Shown here piece by piece: positions 24,801 through 37,604 of a stretch of 64,000 bases of DNA. This stretch comes from Malacoraja senta (taxonomy: Eukaryota). The translations under genes and the position numbers were made by a program. Below the pieces are notes generated by a model. It was given only the letters and a program-made list of their open reading frames with translations, was not told where the DNA came from and made no database searches. Where the stretch lies: assembly GCA_038087875.1 (NCBI GenBank), contig JAXLNO010000253.1, positions 62,001-126,000 of the forward strand, in the 5' to 3' direction. Position 1 is the stretch's first letter; each line of letters begins with the position of its first letter.

Positions 24801-25599
24801 CTTTTAGAATTTGAGAATTAAATCTCCAATACGATTTATTCTTAGACAATCCTTCCAGTTTTAAAAAGAAAGTTAGTGGAGAGTGGTCTGAAATCGAGTT
24901 TGTGTGGTATATTGCATTAGATGTTTGGGGGATTAATTTTGTATCCAGCAGAAAGTAGTCTATACGTGAGTATGTCTTATGTACCATTGAGTAAAACGAG
25001 TATTCCCTGCCAGTTGGATTAACAATTCTCCAAACATCTGCTATATTAGTGTTGTTTATATAGGTATTGAGAAGTTCCCCAGTTTTCGATTTCATATTCC
25101 CTCTCTGTTTTTGACTTGATTTATCTAAGTACGGATCTAAAACACAGTTAAAGTCTCCTCCTATTATAACATTTTGATAGTTTGACTCTGCAATTATGTT
25201 GAAAATGTTATTGAAAAAGTGGGGGTTATCAAAGTTAGGGGCATATATATTTACCAAAGTAAGTGGAGTATCATGGATTTATCCATTAACTATTAGGTAT
25301 CTCCCTTCTATATCTGTTATAATATTCTTTGCTTTAAATGGTATACCTTTTCTTATGATGTTTGACCTGCCTCTAGATTTTGAAGTAAATGAAGAGTGGT
25401 ATGTTTGACCTATCCATTTCGCCCTCAACCTAACTTGATCCTGAGATTTTAGGTGTGTTTCTTGTAGGAAGATAATGTCGGAGTTGTACAATTTCAGCTG
25501 AGCTAGTATCTTACCCCTTTTAATAGGTTCGTTAATACCTCTTATATTCCAACTACAAAATGAGATTCCTCCTAGGTTCTTTTGTGTGGTGTCATGCAT
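21810..25599 (-). pseudogene. L1 ORF2 (APE endonuclease, RT, Cys-rich C-terminus), frameshifted
   Basis: SWNIRG, FLQETH, NIYAPN, GGDFN, SRIDY, SDH; then KTPGPDG, DAEKAFD, RQGCSLSP, LYADD, CDKC..H..C. Split over ORFs 25279-25599, 24475-25257, 21981-24449 and a shifted tail to ~21810. Confidence 0.92.
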
Positions 25600-26408
25600 T
25601 TTGAATAATTATAGTACCTTTAAATCTTGTGGTGCATCCAAATCCCAGGTCTTTAGGTATTGGGGGAGCTTTTGAGTTTTTAAGTTTTGCTGTTATGTCC
25701 ATTTTACGCTTATCACTAAACACAAAACACAAACAAGTGATTTTATGTGATAAAAAAAAAACTATAAAAGTGAAGATACAGTGTCTGATGTAGTCGGCAC
25801 TGTAACGAGTGTCCCACCTGTAGGTGGGAAAAAACCTTGTTTTGACTTCCATTGCGTTGTTACACAAATAGCTCCGCTCTCTTGGTTAATCATAACATAT
25901 TATAATATTAAAACGGGGCCTCACATTCAAATATATAATACACTTTTATATATATCGGAATTTTAACTACTGATTATTAAACCAATACTTTTAACTTCAA
26001 TAAGAATCAACTGATGGTTGAAGGGGTTAACGAGACGAGCCCCTGGACCTAAGCCAGTTGCTCGTTTCTCATCCCCTCCTCCCACTTATAGATAAGGTTT
26101 CAGTTTATTAAAAATTCATATTAGTATGTTAGTTCGTTATTTTTGATTTTTATTTTTATTAGTATTCTAATCTAACATGCATAACTTATTAAGTTGTTAA
26201 TAGGATAAATTCTTACAATTGGTTATAATATTATAATCTAATAAGCAATTATATGTTTTCTGGTATATACCATTGCCATCTGTTGAGTTGTTTACTCGTT
26301 TTGAACAGAAAGTGTCCTTGATTCAACATTCCGAAGATAACAGTGTAACTATCCCCAGACAAAGCATTGCTTAAAATGGTTCAGATCTGCCAAACCTCCC
26401 TTTCCTTT

Positions 26409-27557
26409 CTATTTTTCAACGATAGTTTGAGCATATTTAAACGCTTCTTCAGGCTTAAGAAATGACTTTTCAAGACCCTTAAAAGAAATACGCATTTTCG
26501 CGAGATAAAAAATCCCAAATCTGATCCCTTCTCTCCCTCTTAAAAGATCTTTAACCTTCTCAAATTTGTTTCTTTTTTGCACAATTTCATACGGATAGTC
26601 CCTGAATATCTTAATAGTATCATTGTCTAGCCGCAGTTGCACACCGTATTTGATTTTACTCATAACATCTTCCAGTTCTAAAATGTCCCGAAATTTCACA
26701 ATAATATGTCGTGGATAAGTTTTTCCCGCACCAAATCTTTGTTTAAATCTTGGGACACGATGAGCCACTTCGATTTTCGGTTCTTTGGAAAGATTCAGCA
26801 GTTGTTTAAGCAAGCCCATGGCAAACTCACGTACATCCTCCCCTTCGGCTCACTCTGAAACTCCAAGAATTCTCAAATTCTGGAGTCTAGAGCGAGCTTC
26901 CAGGTCCAGGCATTTGACTGAGACTTTCTCCAGTTGAGTCACCATCTGTAGTGAAGTTTGTTCGTTTTCTCGCCTCATTTGCTCATGTTCTTGCCTCATT
27001 TTCGCCATGTCTTCAACCATTCGAGCCGTGTTTTTCTCCAATTCCGTAATTGTGCGCATACTTGCAGCTACTGTTTCAAGCACAGCCGTGAACCTATCTG
27101 TAGTAGTTTCATCCATCTTGTCCATTCTCTCTGATAGTCCATCTTTCACCTCATCAATTCGTTTATTCATAATGTCCAGTGAATCAATCATATTCTTCTG
27201 GTTACCAGCATTTAATTCCCTCATCATCTTCTCCATTCCTTCCATCATTTTTGTCATATTTTCCTTCATTTCCTTCTTATCTTCCTTCCTATTTTCCTTC
27301 ATTTCCTTTTTATCTTCCTTCATATTTTTCTTCATATTTTCCATCATAATTTTGTTTTCGTCCAAAATCTCATCTTTCATATTTTCCACTGATTTCTTCC
27401 AGTCATCAAACTCTTTCTTAGATCTTGTATCCATTTCTGCAGCCACTTCAGAGACTTCCGAGACTTCAGAGGTAACTTCTGCTTCAGACTTCTTCTGGTC
27501 TTTCAGCAGCTTTTACACTGCTCTCTGAGGGCTCACAGCTGGAGACAGTTTACTCAT
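26409..27557 (-). pseudogene. L1 ORF1 (coiled coil plus RRM/CTD) with two in-frame stops
   Basis: ATG at 27557 (MSKLSPAVSPQRAV*KLLK...). LEARSRLQNLRILGVSE*, AHRV, PRHIIVKF and IKIFRD motifs in the same frame. Confidence 0.85.
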
Positions 27558-28329
27558 TTAAAGGGCTTCAAACCACCGTTTAAAACATCGCGCTTAGTGA
27601 TGACGTCATCAGCGCGGCGACCAGAAGCTCCGGTAAGGTTTTTAAAAACAATCCCGATTTTTGGACCCGTTTTACACGATGAATCGTGAAATTTTTCGGG
27701 AGAGGAGCTAGGTGCATGTCTGTTAGTCCAACATGGCGCCACCGGAAGTCTTAGTTACTATCCTTATAATAAATGCATCCTCAGCACACACAGATATGTT
27801 CTGTTCTCACGTATTTTTAAAAAATTACATAAATAGAATTATACGGAATTACTTTTAAATGTAATGGGTAAATAGAGAAGTTGTATCTGAAGATAACATC
27901 AGCGTAAAAGAGGAAGGATCTGTGTTAGGTCATGTTTACACTTCTGCTTGCACCAGATAAGACAGGGTGTGATCCCAGTGTTTAGAATGTGAGAATGACA
28001 GACAGTGTGGGAAGGAGGGGGAGATGAGATGAATTATGAAGAGACAGATTCAGGAGCTGGAGGAAAATATCAAAACAGAGGGTGAGCAGCAATAAAAATG
28101 AACTTTAGTTCTCTGCAGAACTCACACAATATGGGGGGCAATGAGTTGTGAACACGGATTAAGGAAGGAGCTTGATTAGATTTATTCTCACAATGCGGAC
28201 AAGACTAACTGCTGAGCTGATGATGAGGTGCCCTTTCTGATTCCATCCAGATTGTTTGCTTAGAAATCGTTTAGGATGTGGGCCTCACTGCTCAGGCTTC
28301 CATTTTTAGCCCATGAGGATGTGAACATC

Positions 28330-28780
28330 CTTACATAGCCAGTGAATGATGCTCCCACAGTGTCCTTGATAGGAATGAAGGAACAGCAATGGATTTCAAA
28401 GTCATGACTGGAGAGGCACCCACAGCATGTGGTGATCCCATGGGCCTGTTGCCATTGTCTTTCTTGCTTGATGGGATCACTGATATGAGAGGTGTTATTG
28501 AAGTAGCCTTGGCAATGAACATTGAGACACCTTGCGGTGGTTGATTGAGACCGAGATCACTGTACACAAGTGGTGGAAGCAATGAAGATTACAGTAGTAG
28601 ATGGGGACATGCTATGTCCTGGATGATGTTGTGTTTCTTCAGTATCACTGGAGTAACATTCATCAAGACATTGCACCCTCCTGAATTGGGCCTTGCCGCT
28701 GATGGAGAGGTTTTGTGGTGTCAGGAATTGCTTGCCCCATGATAACAAGAAATGAATCACCTTTCCTTTATTGATACTGC
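28330..28780 (-). mobile_element. Old degenerate LINE fragment
   Basis: Begins exactly where paralogy to the 6050-6360 block ends. LINE 3'-region-like text on the minus strand; family not assignable by eye. Confidence 0.4.
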
Positions 28781-29229
28781 TTCTTAATGCTGCAACTCTC
28801 TCCCTAGTATAACTGAGGGGAGTACTTTCACCAGAAGGAATGGAAAGGTATAGGTCAGCAATCTACCACTGAGTACAATTAACAATGTGGGGGAAACCAC
28901 TAACCTTGACAGTGATGCTCAAATTGTCGAGAATAACTGAATGATAAAGAAATGCTTCACAAGTAAAATCAAGTACACCTGGATTAATGATATTCAAATA
29001 CTTACAAATACTTTATAATCCAAACTTCACTGCAATTTACTGCCGTACAGGACATTGTATTTTATAAAGATCTGATGAGTTTAGTGCGGCATTCATGAAA
29101 GATGTTACATTTGAAACTTGATCAGTTGAACAGAACACCACGAATGTTTATAATAATACGGTTGAGAATCTCTGTATGGCACGGTAACTGTAATACTGAA
29201 AGGAGTTATCCTCTGTCTCTCTGATACAG

Positions 29230-29571
29230 ATTTATATAGGAAGATATACACACTTTACCGCTCCAGCACAGATCACAGTGAACTTCACCTGGTTTGTTCT
29301 GTGAGTTATGGTGATGGCTATTCCCATGCTGAGTGGACCTGGACACCTCATCACCTTCAACAGCAGAAAGAAATAGCATCTGCAGAACGTTCTCAGCCCA
29401 TCAATGTCAAAGGGAACGACTTCGGGCATCGACTGGTGACCTCAGGGAAACCCTTCGATGGCGAGGATTTCAGTGTGAGGATTGTCCCCGTTTTGTTTCA
29501 AGATGCCGGAATTTACACATGTTTTCTGGAATCAAATCCATTTCTCACCATTGATCTAATCACAGTGAAAG
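29230..29571 (+). pseudogene. IgSF gene exon A: V-set domain
   Basis: acag| acceptor and G|gtagga donor, phase 1-1. DLYRKIYTLYRSSTDHSELHLVCSV...AEWTW...DFSVRIVPVLFQDAGIYTC...DLITVK has the B-Cys, C-Trp and DxGxYxC motifs. Confidence 0.88.
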
Positions 29572-29649
29572 GTAGGAGACAGAATGTTGCCACTGAGTTT
29601 ACTGATGAACTTATTGTTTAAAATGTAAACAACCTGCTTGTTTCCACAG

Positions 29650-29910
29650 TCACAGCTGAACCGTCTGATGCAGTGACTGAGGGACACAACGTTACCCTGA
29701 CCTGCTCTGTGTCTCACGTCACTGAGTCAATGAGACTGGTGTGGATCAATGGCGATGACAAAAGTGTTGGAGAAAAGACACTGACTGTGGAAGAGAAATC
29801 ACAGAGTCTGGTTATTCAGAAAGCTGAGAGAGGCAGAGGGAACTGGAGATGTGGTTTGTTTCGTCAAGACCTGCTCCGGCTTTTTGTCCCGTACTATCAG
29901 GAGCCCCGTG
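29650..29910 (+). pseudogene. IgSF gene exon B: C2-type domain with WxC motif
   Basis: ttccacag| acceptor and G|gtaagt donor, phase 1-1. VTAEPSDAVTEGHNVTLTCSVS...LVWIN...SLVIQKAERGRGNWRCGLF. Confidence 0.88.
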
Positions 29911-30906
29911 GTAAGTGATAAGGGTTTGTTCTTCATACTTGGAGTCATGATTGAGTTTTGATGTCCTGACATTTGAAAGTGGAATATGTTCTTCTGGTTT
30001 GTTTGGTCTAACTATGTTATGATCAATGAATTCTCAAATTTCAAATAACACTTCCCGAACCCCACTTCTCCCTCCCTTCATTGTGCACTCATTTATCCCA
30101 CCACCCAGTTACCTTATTCCCTTCCCTTCCTCTTTCAACTCATCTCCAACCGCTTCCAATTGCAGAGTTTTCCTTTTATGTTCTTGCTCCACTTCCACCC
30201 ATATCCCTCTGATCTGACTGTAGATCAGTCAGTATTAGTTGACATGATCTATGTCATGTTTTACTGCATGCCGCTGTGTACTCAAACAGTCATCATATTA
30301 TCTAGTCTGTTAGTCCAGCCTCTAGTTTGATTCGTTGCTGAGCTTGAGCTTATAACACCTAAGTATTTGAGCTCTGTGTGTTTACTATAACAAACAACTT
30401 CTTCTTATGTATGGATCCTGTTATTACACATGTTTATACTGACAACCTTTTGTCTCCATTTCACCCCTCCATTTTGTCATTATCTCCATCCATCTACTTA
30501 TCACCATTCCCCACCTGTATCCACCTATCACTCACCATGCTTTGTCTCATGCCTACTTCCCTTCCCCAGTTGTCACTCTCCCATTCCATCAGTCTGAGAA
30601 TGCATCCTGACATGAAACGTCATCAATCCATTCCCTCCACAGATGCTGCCTGAGTTCATCTCCATTGAGTTTCCCCAACACTTTGCGTTTGATCAACATT
30701 CCACAATCTGCAGTTTCTTGTGTCTCCATGGAGACCCACTGGTCAGCTTGGACAGATTGCTGTAGAGGGCTTGTTTCCATGCTGTTCCATGATGATGAAT
30801 TATAACGTACAACTTAGTAAAGATTAATTCTCTGCAATATTGCTAATGACAAGGTCAGTGAAAAATTATTGTCCTACATTTACACATTTGTTCTCTTTTC
30901 CTACAG

Positions 30907-31247
30907 GAAGTGGACATTCTATTTACTTTTTCCATCAGGAAGGCAACTTTGTATTGAAAGGACCAGACAGTCCTGGAAATGGCCCCATTGACTTCGAATG
31001 GAGGCCACACTCAGGGCAACAAACCACAAAGCGATTGGCCACTTTCCGCAGAGAAGATCAGCAGTGGGCCGTACAATGGAGTGATGAGTACAATCAAATA
31101 CCAGGCATCTCCCAGAGGATGCATGCGGACTGGGGTACCCTTAATCTGAGGATCAGGATGCCCACATTCAAACTTGCAGGACTGTTCACCTGGAATCAGA
31201 CACGGCCCGCTTGGAAAATCCTGAGATAGTGGGAACTATTTGGGATC
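30907..31247 (+). pseudogene. IgSF gene exon C: cysteine-less V-like domain with nonsense codon and no donor site
   Basis: ttcctacag| phase-1 acceptor. GSGHSIYFFHQEGNFVLKGP...FEWRP...LNLRIRMPTFKLAGLFTW...ILR*WELFGI. TAG at 31227-31229; repeat-tail sequence from ~31248. Confidence 0.7.
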
Positions 31248-31620
31248 AGTCATAGTGTCACACAGCACTGAAACAGGCCCTTTGGCCCAATTCATCCATG
31301 CTGACCAACTACCCATCTAAACATCCCATTTGCCCTCATTTGGCCCATATCATTTAAACCTTTTTTCCATATACCTGTTTAAATGCCCTTTAAATGCTGT
31401 ACCTGCATCAAACACTTCCTCTGCTCGATCTTTTCATAAAGTATGTTCATGTACCACACTTTTTGTCAAAAACTGCCCCTAATATTAAGGGGTATATCAA
31501 ATCTGCCCCTCTCACCTTAAACATGTACTATCTAATTTTTTATTCCCCAACCCTGGAAAAAAGACCACGTGCGTTTACCATAGATATGCCTCTCATGAAT
31601 TTATTCACTCCCATATAATC
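31248..31620 (-). mobile_element. CR1/SINE 3'-tail fragment
   Basis: agtcatagtgtcacacagcactgaaacaggccctttggcccaa... is similar to tails at 51668 and (on +) 32720-32875. Confidence 0.65.
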
Positions 31621-32082
31621 TCTGTTAAAGACATCCAAGAAATATAATCAGTCTGAAGAAGGGTCTCAACCTGAAACGTCACCTATCTATGTTCTCTAGA
31701 GTTCAAAGGTCTTTTATTGTCACGTGTACCAATTAAGGGGCAGTGATATTCATATTACCAGACCTGCTGAATTACTCCTGCACTTTATGTCCTTTTAAAT
31801 ATTAACTAGCATCTGCAGTTCTGTGTTTCTACTATACTAAAAACATCCGTACCTGGAAGCGTTGATGTGGGAGACGAGGGGGCGAGGGGGAATGGTGGTC
31901 ACTACCAGGAAGTGTTGATGACATCACTGAGCACGGCAGCTCAACATGGTACAGCTGAGGGTGATGTCACTGCCCATCACTGGCCTCGGTGAGTCGGCCT
32001 CAAATGTGGAAACAGACACATGTGGTTCAGTTCACCAACAGCTTTCTGAACTACTGTGGGTAGAATTGTCTTTTCCCTGCAG

Positions 32083-32188
32083 ACTGTCCATGTGAGGATT
32101 GTCCCCGTGCAGTTTGCAGATGCCGGAGTTTACACATGTTCCACAGGATCAAATATATATGTGACCATTGACCTTATCACAGTTACAG
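32083..32188 (+). pseudogene. IgSF gene exon D remnant: C-terminal half of a V domain
   Basis: VRIVPVQFADAGVYTCSTGSNIYVTIDLITVT, paralogous to the end of exon A, with the same G|gtaggagac donor. Confidence 0.8.
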
Positions 32189-34559
32189 GTAGGAGACTGG
32201 TTGTTACTACTTTCAAGAATTAAGTTACTGGTGTAGAGTTTCTAATCTGAGTACAGACTGCAATGTCAGCAGAAATTCCCAAGTTTGAAGAATTATTTTA
32301 CCTACAGAGCTTCCTCTTCAACTTATTTGTATTTTGCTGAACCCAAAATCTGCCCTAAGCCAACATTATTGGGAATCACATCAAATGTTATTTTCATTTA
32401 TTTTGCTGAAAACACATTGTTTTATATATAAGAGAGGGAATATGATGAAATGTGATTCACAAAGGTGCAAATGAGCTTCTAGCGAAAATATTCAAAAATC
32501 ATTCAACTTCTCTTAACACATTCCCCAAGTTTCTTTGACCCCAAACGACCCATCCTAATTTTTGAAGGCTCACTGGAGGCTTAAAACTGAGTGTATTTTG
32601 TGGAATTTATCGATTAATATTTACCTGGATGAGTGTTGTGGCCAAAACTGTGGCCAGAGACAATGATGTGGGCATTGGTTGCTCTTTGTATAATTAGTTC
32701 AAAACTGTTGTGAATGATTATGGAAAAGACACTTGGAGAGGTACATGGATGGGAAAGGTGCAGAGGGATATGGGCCAAATGTGGGAACATATTTTAGATG
32801 GAGCATCTTGGTCGGCATGGATGAGTTGGGCTGAATGGACCGAATTGTTTCATGCTGTATGACTATGCCTCTAACTCTTGTTGTGTAATATAATTTTCCA
32901 CACTTAGAACGCCAGATACTGGTGTCAAAGTACTGAGAAAAACACAACACAATCCAGACAAAATTCATTGTTTTACAATTTTCTTCTTTCCAGTCACAAC
33001 TGAACCATCTGGCGCAGTGACGGAGGGAAGAAAGATTACCCTGACCTGCTCTGTGTCTCATGTCACTGAGTCAATGAGACTGGTTTGGATCAATGATGAA
33101 GGCAAAGTTGTTGAGGAGAAAAATCTCATGCAAACAAAGCAGGAGGACAATTTTACTTCGGAGTCACGTGAGTGACTACGTGAAGAAGCCCGTCAGTGCG
33201 CCTGCGCGTCATTACGTCAGACGCCTTGACGCAAACGGACGTGAGGAGCAGAGCTCCTCGAGTGGTTTGTAGTTTTTCAACTACAATGTAAGTAAAAACT
33301 TTTTTACAGGTTTTCCAGGTCCGTTTACTGTGGGTCTATGGCGATTTTTTCCACAGACGCCATGGGAAAAAACGGACAGGGGGAAGAGGCGAGCGACATA
33401 GCCGACAGAAGTCGGGAAAGTCGGGAGTCCGTGGTTAGAGACCAACCGCCTCTAAACCCCGGTACAGTCGCCAGCGGTGAGCATAGCGACTGTGGACCTG
33501 GGGCTGGCGAAAACACTGTCAGCGCCTGTCGGGCAAAAGACAAAGTTTAAATCCCAACGGAGGGAGTCCCAGGCAATGAAGAAGCTCCAGGGCTAGATAC
33601 TGCTTTAGAGCGTATTGCCCAAATAGAAAGCCTTTTACACAGGCTGTTGGAGCAACGTTCACTCAGTGAGGAGTGTTCTGAAAGCCAAGCTGCTGGAAAC
33701 AGCTCAAACAGCTCCTGGTACAGGGCTAGATACTGCTTTCGAGCGTATTGCCCAAATAGAAGCCTTTTTCATAGGTTGTTGGAGCAAAAGTTCACTCAGG
33801 AAGGAGTGTACTGTAATCCAAGCTGCAGGAGCAGCTTAACAGCACCTGGCTCAGGGCTGATGGAATGCACCCTCAGGAATGAGGAGCGTGCTATGGGTCA
33901 TGAGATTTCAGACCCCGACTCTGACGGTGAGGCTGTACAAGGCGATGAAAGGCAGCTGCCAGATGTTCCAACCCTGGTAGTAGGATTCGCTGCCCCGTCA
34001 GGGTCAGGAGAGCCATTAGGAAAAACTGGCCTCCTTAATAAATTACTTGGTTTACCATTAGCTGGAACAGCATGAAATGGATGAGACTGCAAGAGTATCT
34101 GGAATCAGTTGCAGAGAATATTAAAGCTGCTGGGTTCTGAAATAACTGCTTTTACCAGAATAGCAGGTAACAACCAAAAGATGACGAAGTTGCATCAGCA
34201 AGCACTGGGGTTGCTATGCAGCACCCACTTCGAGAAGTGCTATACGGTCTACTATGAATCCGAAATTCGCAGCACTCTGCAAACCAAGTAATATACAAAT
34301 TACCCAACTTACTCTTTGGAGAGATCTCGGGAGACGTATTAAAGAGTTGGAAGATGAAGCAAAAACAGGATTGATGAAGACATCAATGGTTGTGAAGTCT
34401 GTAAAGAGGAAGTATCCTTTCAGACGTCATACGGATCCTGGACCAAGTCGCTCATCAACGCAGGGACGTAGTTGGCGGCCTGCAGCGGGAGCAAGAACCA
34501 GTGGGCGTGCTTCCGAGAGAACCCAGGAATCTCAGGGTACTGAAATGACTCAAGAGGTA

Positions 34560-36235
34560 GGTGGACCTGGTTCTCATGGGAACATACTAACTGGATTAAG
34601 TCCAAAAGTTGGAGGCAGGTTACATTTCTTCTATAATAATTGGAAGAAAATTACTTCAGATGTGGTAATCCTGAATAATATACAAGGATTTCGAATTGAA
34701 TTCAATCCAAATTATGATTTGCCTGTTCAGCATGTTCCTAGCCGAACTCTGCACTTTGTACAAAAAGAAGTGATGGAGGTTCAGGTTGCAATTGAAACCC
34801 TATATAAAAAAAGGGGTTATTGAAAAATCAGTCTACCAAAGTCACCAATTTATGTCAAAAATATTCCCTCGATCAAAAAAGGATGGAGGATGTAGGATTC
34901 TTGTAGATTTGATAAATCTGAATCCTTTTGTGCAATTTAGACATTTTAAAATGGAAACATTTGTGACTGCCAAACAGCTTATTTCAGAAGCATGTTATAT
35001 GGCAACTATAGACTTGAAAGATGCATATTATTCAGTGTCTGTTCATTTACAAGATAGGAAGTATCTTAAATTTAAATGGATGAACCAGTTGTGGCAGTTC
35101 AAAGCTCTGCCTAATGGGTTAATATCTGCACTCAGAATATTCACAAAAATTGTTAAAACCAATTCTGGGCTTGCTGAGTAGCCAGGGGCATGTACTAATG
35201 GCATATTTGGATGATGTCTTGATTATAGGAAAGACAAAACAGTCAACAGAAGTATCTGTTGCAGTTGTGAAATCAACTTTTGAAAAGTTGGGGTTTCTAA
35301 TTCGTCCACAGAAATCTAGGTTAACACCATGTACCTCTATTAATTATTTGGAGTTCACAATTGATTCAGTCCAAATGAATATCACTTTGCCCAGGGAAAA
35401 GGGTGGATTTGATTAAAGATTGCAGTAATCTCCTAAACGAGCAAAAACCTTCAATTAGACAGGTGGCTCGTGTACTGGGAAAATTAGTAGCAGCATTCCC
35501 AGCAGTCCAATTTGGACCATTACATTATCAACAGCTGCAGAGACTTAAAGAACAGGCACCGAGAATGCATGTTGGTCATTTTGATAGAACCATGCAACTA
35601 ACAACAAATGCTGTTTCTGGTCTGCAGTGGTGGATTCTACATGTCTCAAGCAGTTCCAGCAAAGTGCTGATTGAACAACCTTCCATGATATTACAAACTG
35701 ATGCCATTGCACCAGGATGGGGTGCAACTGACTTAACGTCTAGCTGAGGAGGCAGATGGAATCAGGAAGAGTCATTGTTACTGCAGACATGGGGAATTAA
35801 CTATTTGGAGCTTCTAGGATGTTTCTATGGGCTCCAAGCTTATTGTTCTAACACAACTAATAGAAACATAGAAACATAGAAATTAGGTGCAGGAGTAGGC
35901 CATTCGGCCCTTCGAGCCTGCACCGCCATTCAATATGATCATGGCTGATCATCCAACTCAGTATCCCGTACCTGCCTTCTCTCCATACCCTCTGATCCCT
36001 TTAGCCACAAGGGCCACATCTAGCTCCCTCTTAAATAAGCATGTTCAAGTTCAAATTGATAACACAACAGTAGTTGTTTATATTAATGATATGGAATTAA
36101 GTCGGTGTCTTGTGACAAAATGGTTAATCAACTTTGGGCTTGGTGTATTGAAAAGAACATTTGGATTTCAGCTATCTATCTACCAGGTAGAATGAACGAT
36201 AGCAGACACCAAGTCACGAAAAGTTCCATGATAAT
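34560..36235 (+). pseudogene. DIRS reverse transcriptase / RNase H, frameshifted
   Basis: VGGRLHFF, KKDGGCR, HFKMET, IDLKDAY, LPNGL, AYLDD; RNase H motifs LQTDA...GWG, INYLEL, QIDNTT. Confidence 0.9.
35860..36037 (-). mobile_element. CR1 3' tail nested in the DIRS RNase H region
   Basis: tagaaacatagaaacatagaaattaggtgcaggag... closely matches other CR1 3' ends in the window. Confidence 0.9.
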
Positions 36236-36244
36236 AAAGAATGG

Positions 36245-36625
36245 ATGTTGAATCAAGAGGTATTCAATGATATAGTCATCAGATTTGGAATGACCGACAT
36301 CGACTTGAATCATCAGCTATCGAGATATGTCTCATGGAAACCAGATCCAGGAGCAGTGGCGATTGATGCTTTCTCGCTACATTGGGGTGGTATGTTTTCA
36401 TATATATTTCCACCTTTCTGCCTCATAAGCCAATGTTTGCTTAAAATCAGGCAAGATGCTGCTTCAAGGGTATTGGTAGTACCAGATTGGCCTACACAGC
36501 CATGGTATCTGTTGATATTAGAATTAACAACACAAATGTTGATGAAAGTCCCAAAAAAGAGTAATTTATTGCTGCTCCCTGTACAGGGGAACAACATCCA
36601 TTATATGATCGTTTGGATTTGTTGA
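36245..36625 (+). pseudogene. DIRS N6-adenine-methyltransferase-like domain
   Basis: DIDL...YVSW.PDP.A.AIDAFSLHW...YIFPPF...LVVPDWPTQPWY is the motif set typical of the DIRS1 MT domain. Confidence 0.8.
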
Positions 36626-36642
36626 TTTGCAGGTTTTAAGAA

Positions 36643-37604
36643 TGCCTTTTCTGGGACGAGGACTGTCTGAGCATACTGTGGACATGCTTACGGCAGCCTG
36701 GAGGAAGAGCACTCAAAAACAGTACCTTTCTTATATTAAGAAATGGGAAAAGTTCTGGGTACAAAAGAATGTGCAATAAAGTACTGCAGATATTTCAAAT
36801 GTTTAGAATTTCTGTCAAAACTTTATTATGATGAAGGTCTGAGTTGTAGTGTAATTAATTCAGCCAGAAGTGCATTGTCCTCATATTTGGTTCTGGATTC
36901 AGAAAGAAACTCAATTGGGTCACACCCAATTGTTTCCAGAATAATGAAAGGAATCTTTAATTCCAAACCACCGAAACCTAGGTACGTGAAAATCTGGGAT
37001 GTAAGTGTGGTACTGAAACTACTTTGTGATGGTTATCAAGTGTGTCTTTACCTTTGGTCAAGCTCAGTATGAAAGTATTCATGTTTATGTCATGAGTGAC
37101 AGCACAACGAGTGCAAACACTTGGAAAATTACAAATAGATAGTATGGAAGTAACTGAAGACAAGGTTACATTCTATATCTATGACCTAATAAAGCAAATT
37201 AGGCCAGGTGTGACAGGATTTAAAATTATGCTGGCAGCATATCCAAATGATCCAGGTCTTTGTATTAAGACATATTTATTACAATACATTGAGGTCACAA
37301 AGAATTTGAGAATACGGAAACTGGGTTTTTGATCACACACAAGAAACCACACAAGAGAGTTTCAATACAGACTATTTCCAGATGGATAAAAGAAGTCTTA
37401 ACAGCTGCTGGTATTAACACTTATGTTTTTACGTCTCACTCGACTAGGGCAGCAGAAATGTCGGCGGCCAGGGCAAAAGACGGCCCCGTCGACCATATCC
37501 TCGCAGCCGCCGGGTGGTCCAATGAGTTGATGTTTCAACATTTTTACCATCGGCCTATTGTTAATGCGGGGTTGTTTGCAGAAACTATTTTAAGTTTTGT
37601 GTAA
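36643..37604 (+). pseudogene. DIRS tyrosine recombinase, frameshifted
   Basis: ST.KQY...KW; INSARSALS; HPIV.R.MKG; WDV; TAQRV (catalytic R); HSTR; AAGW; HFYHR (catalytic Y). Confidence 0.9.

Larger units (their letters stand above)
21413..27750 (-). mobile_element. Full-length L1 LINE (~6.3 kb), inactivated
   Basis: Poly-A tail (poly-T on + at ~21411-21427). TSD ttagttactatcctt at 21398-21412 and 27751-27765. 5' end gacttccggtggcgccatg. ORF1 and ORF2 separated by a long spacer. Confidence 0.95.
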
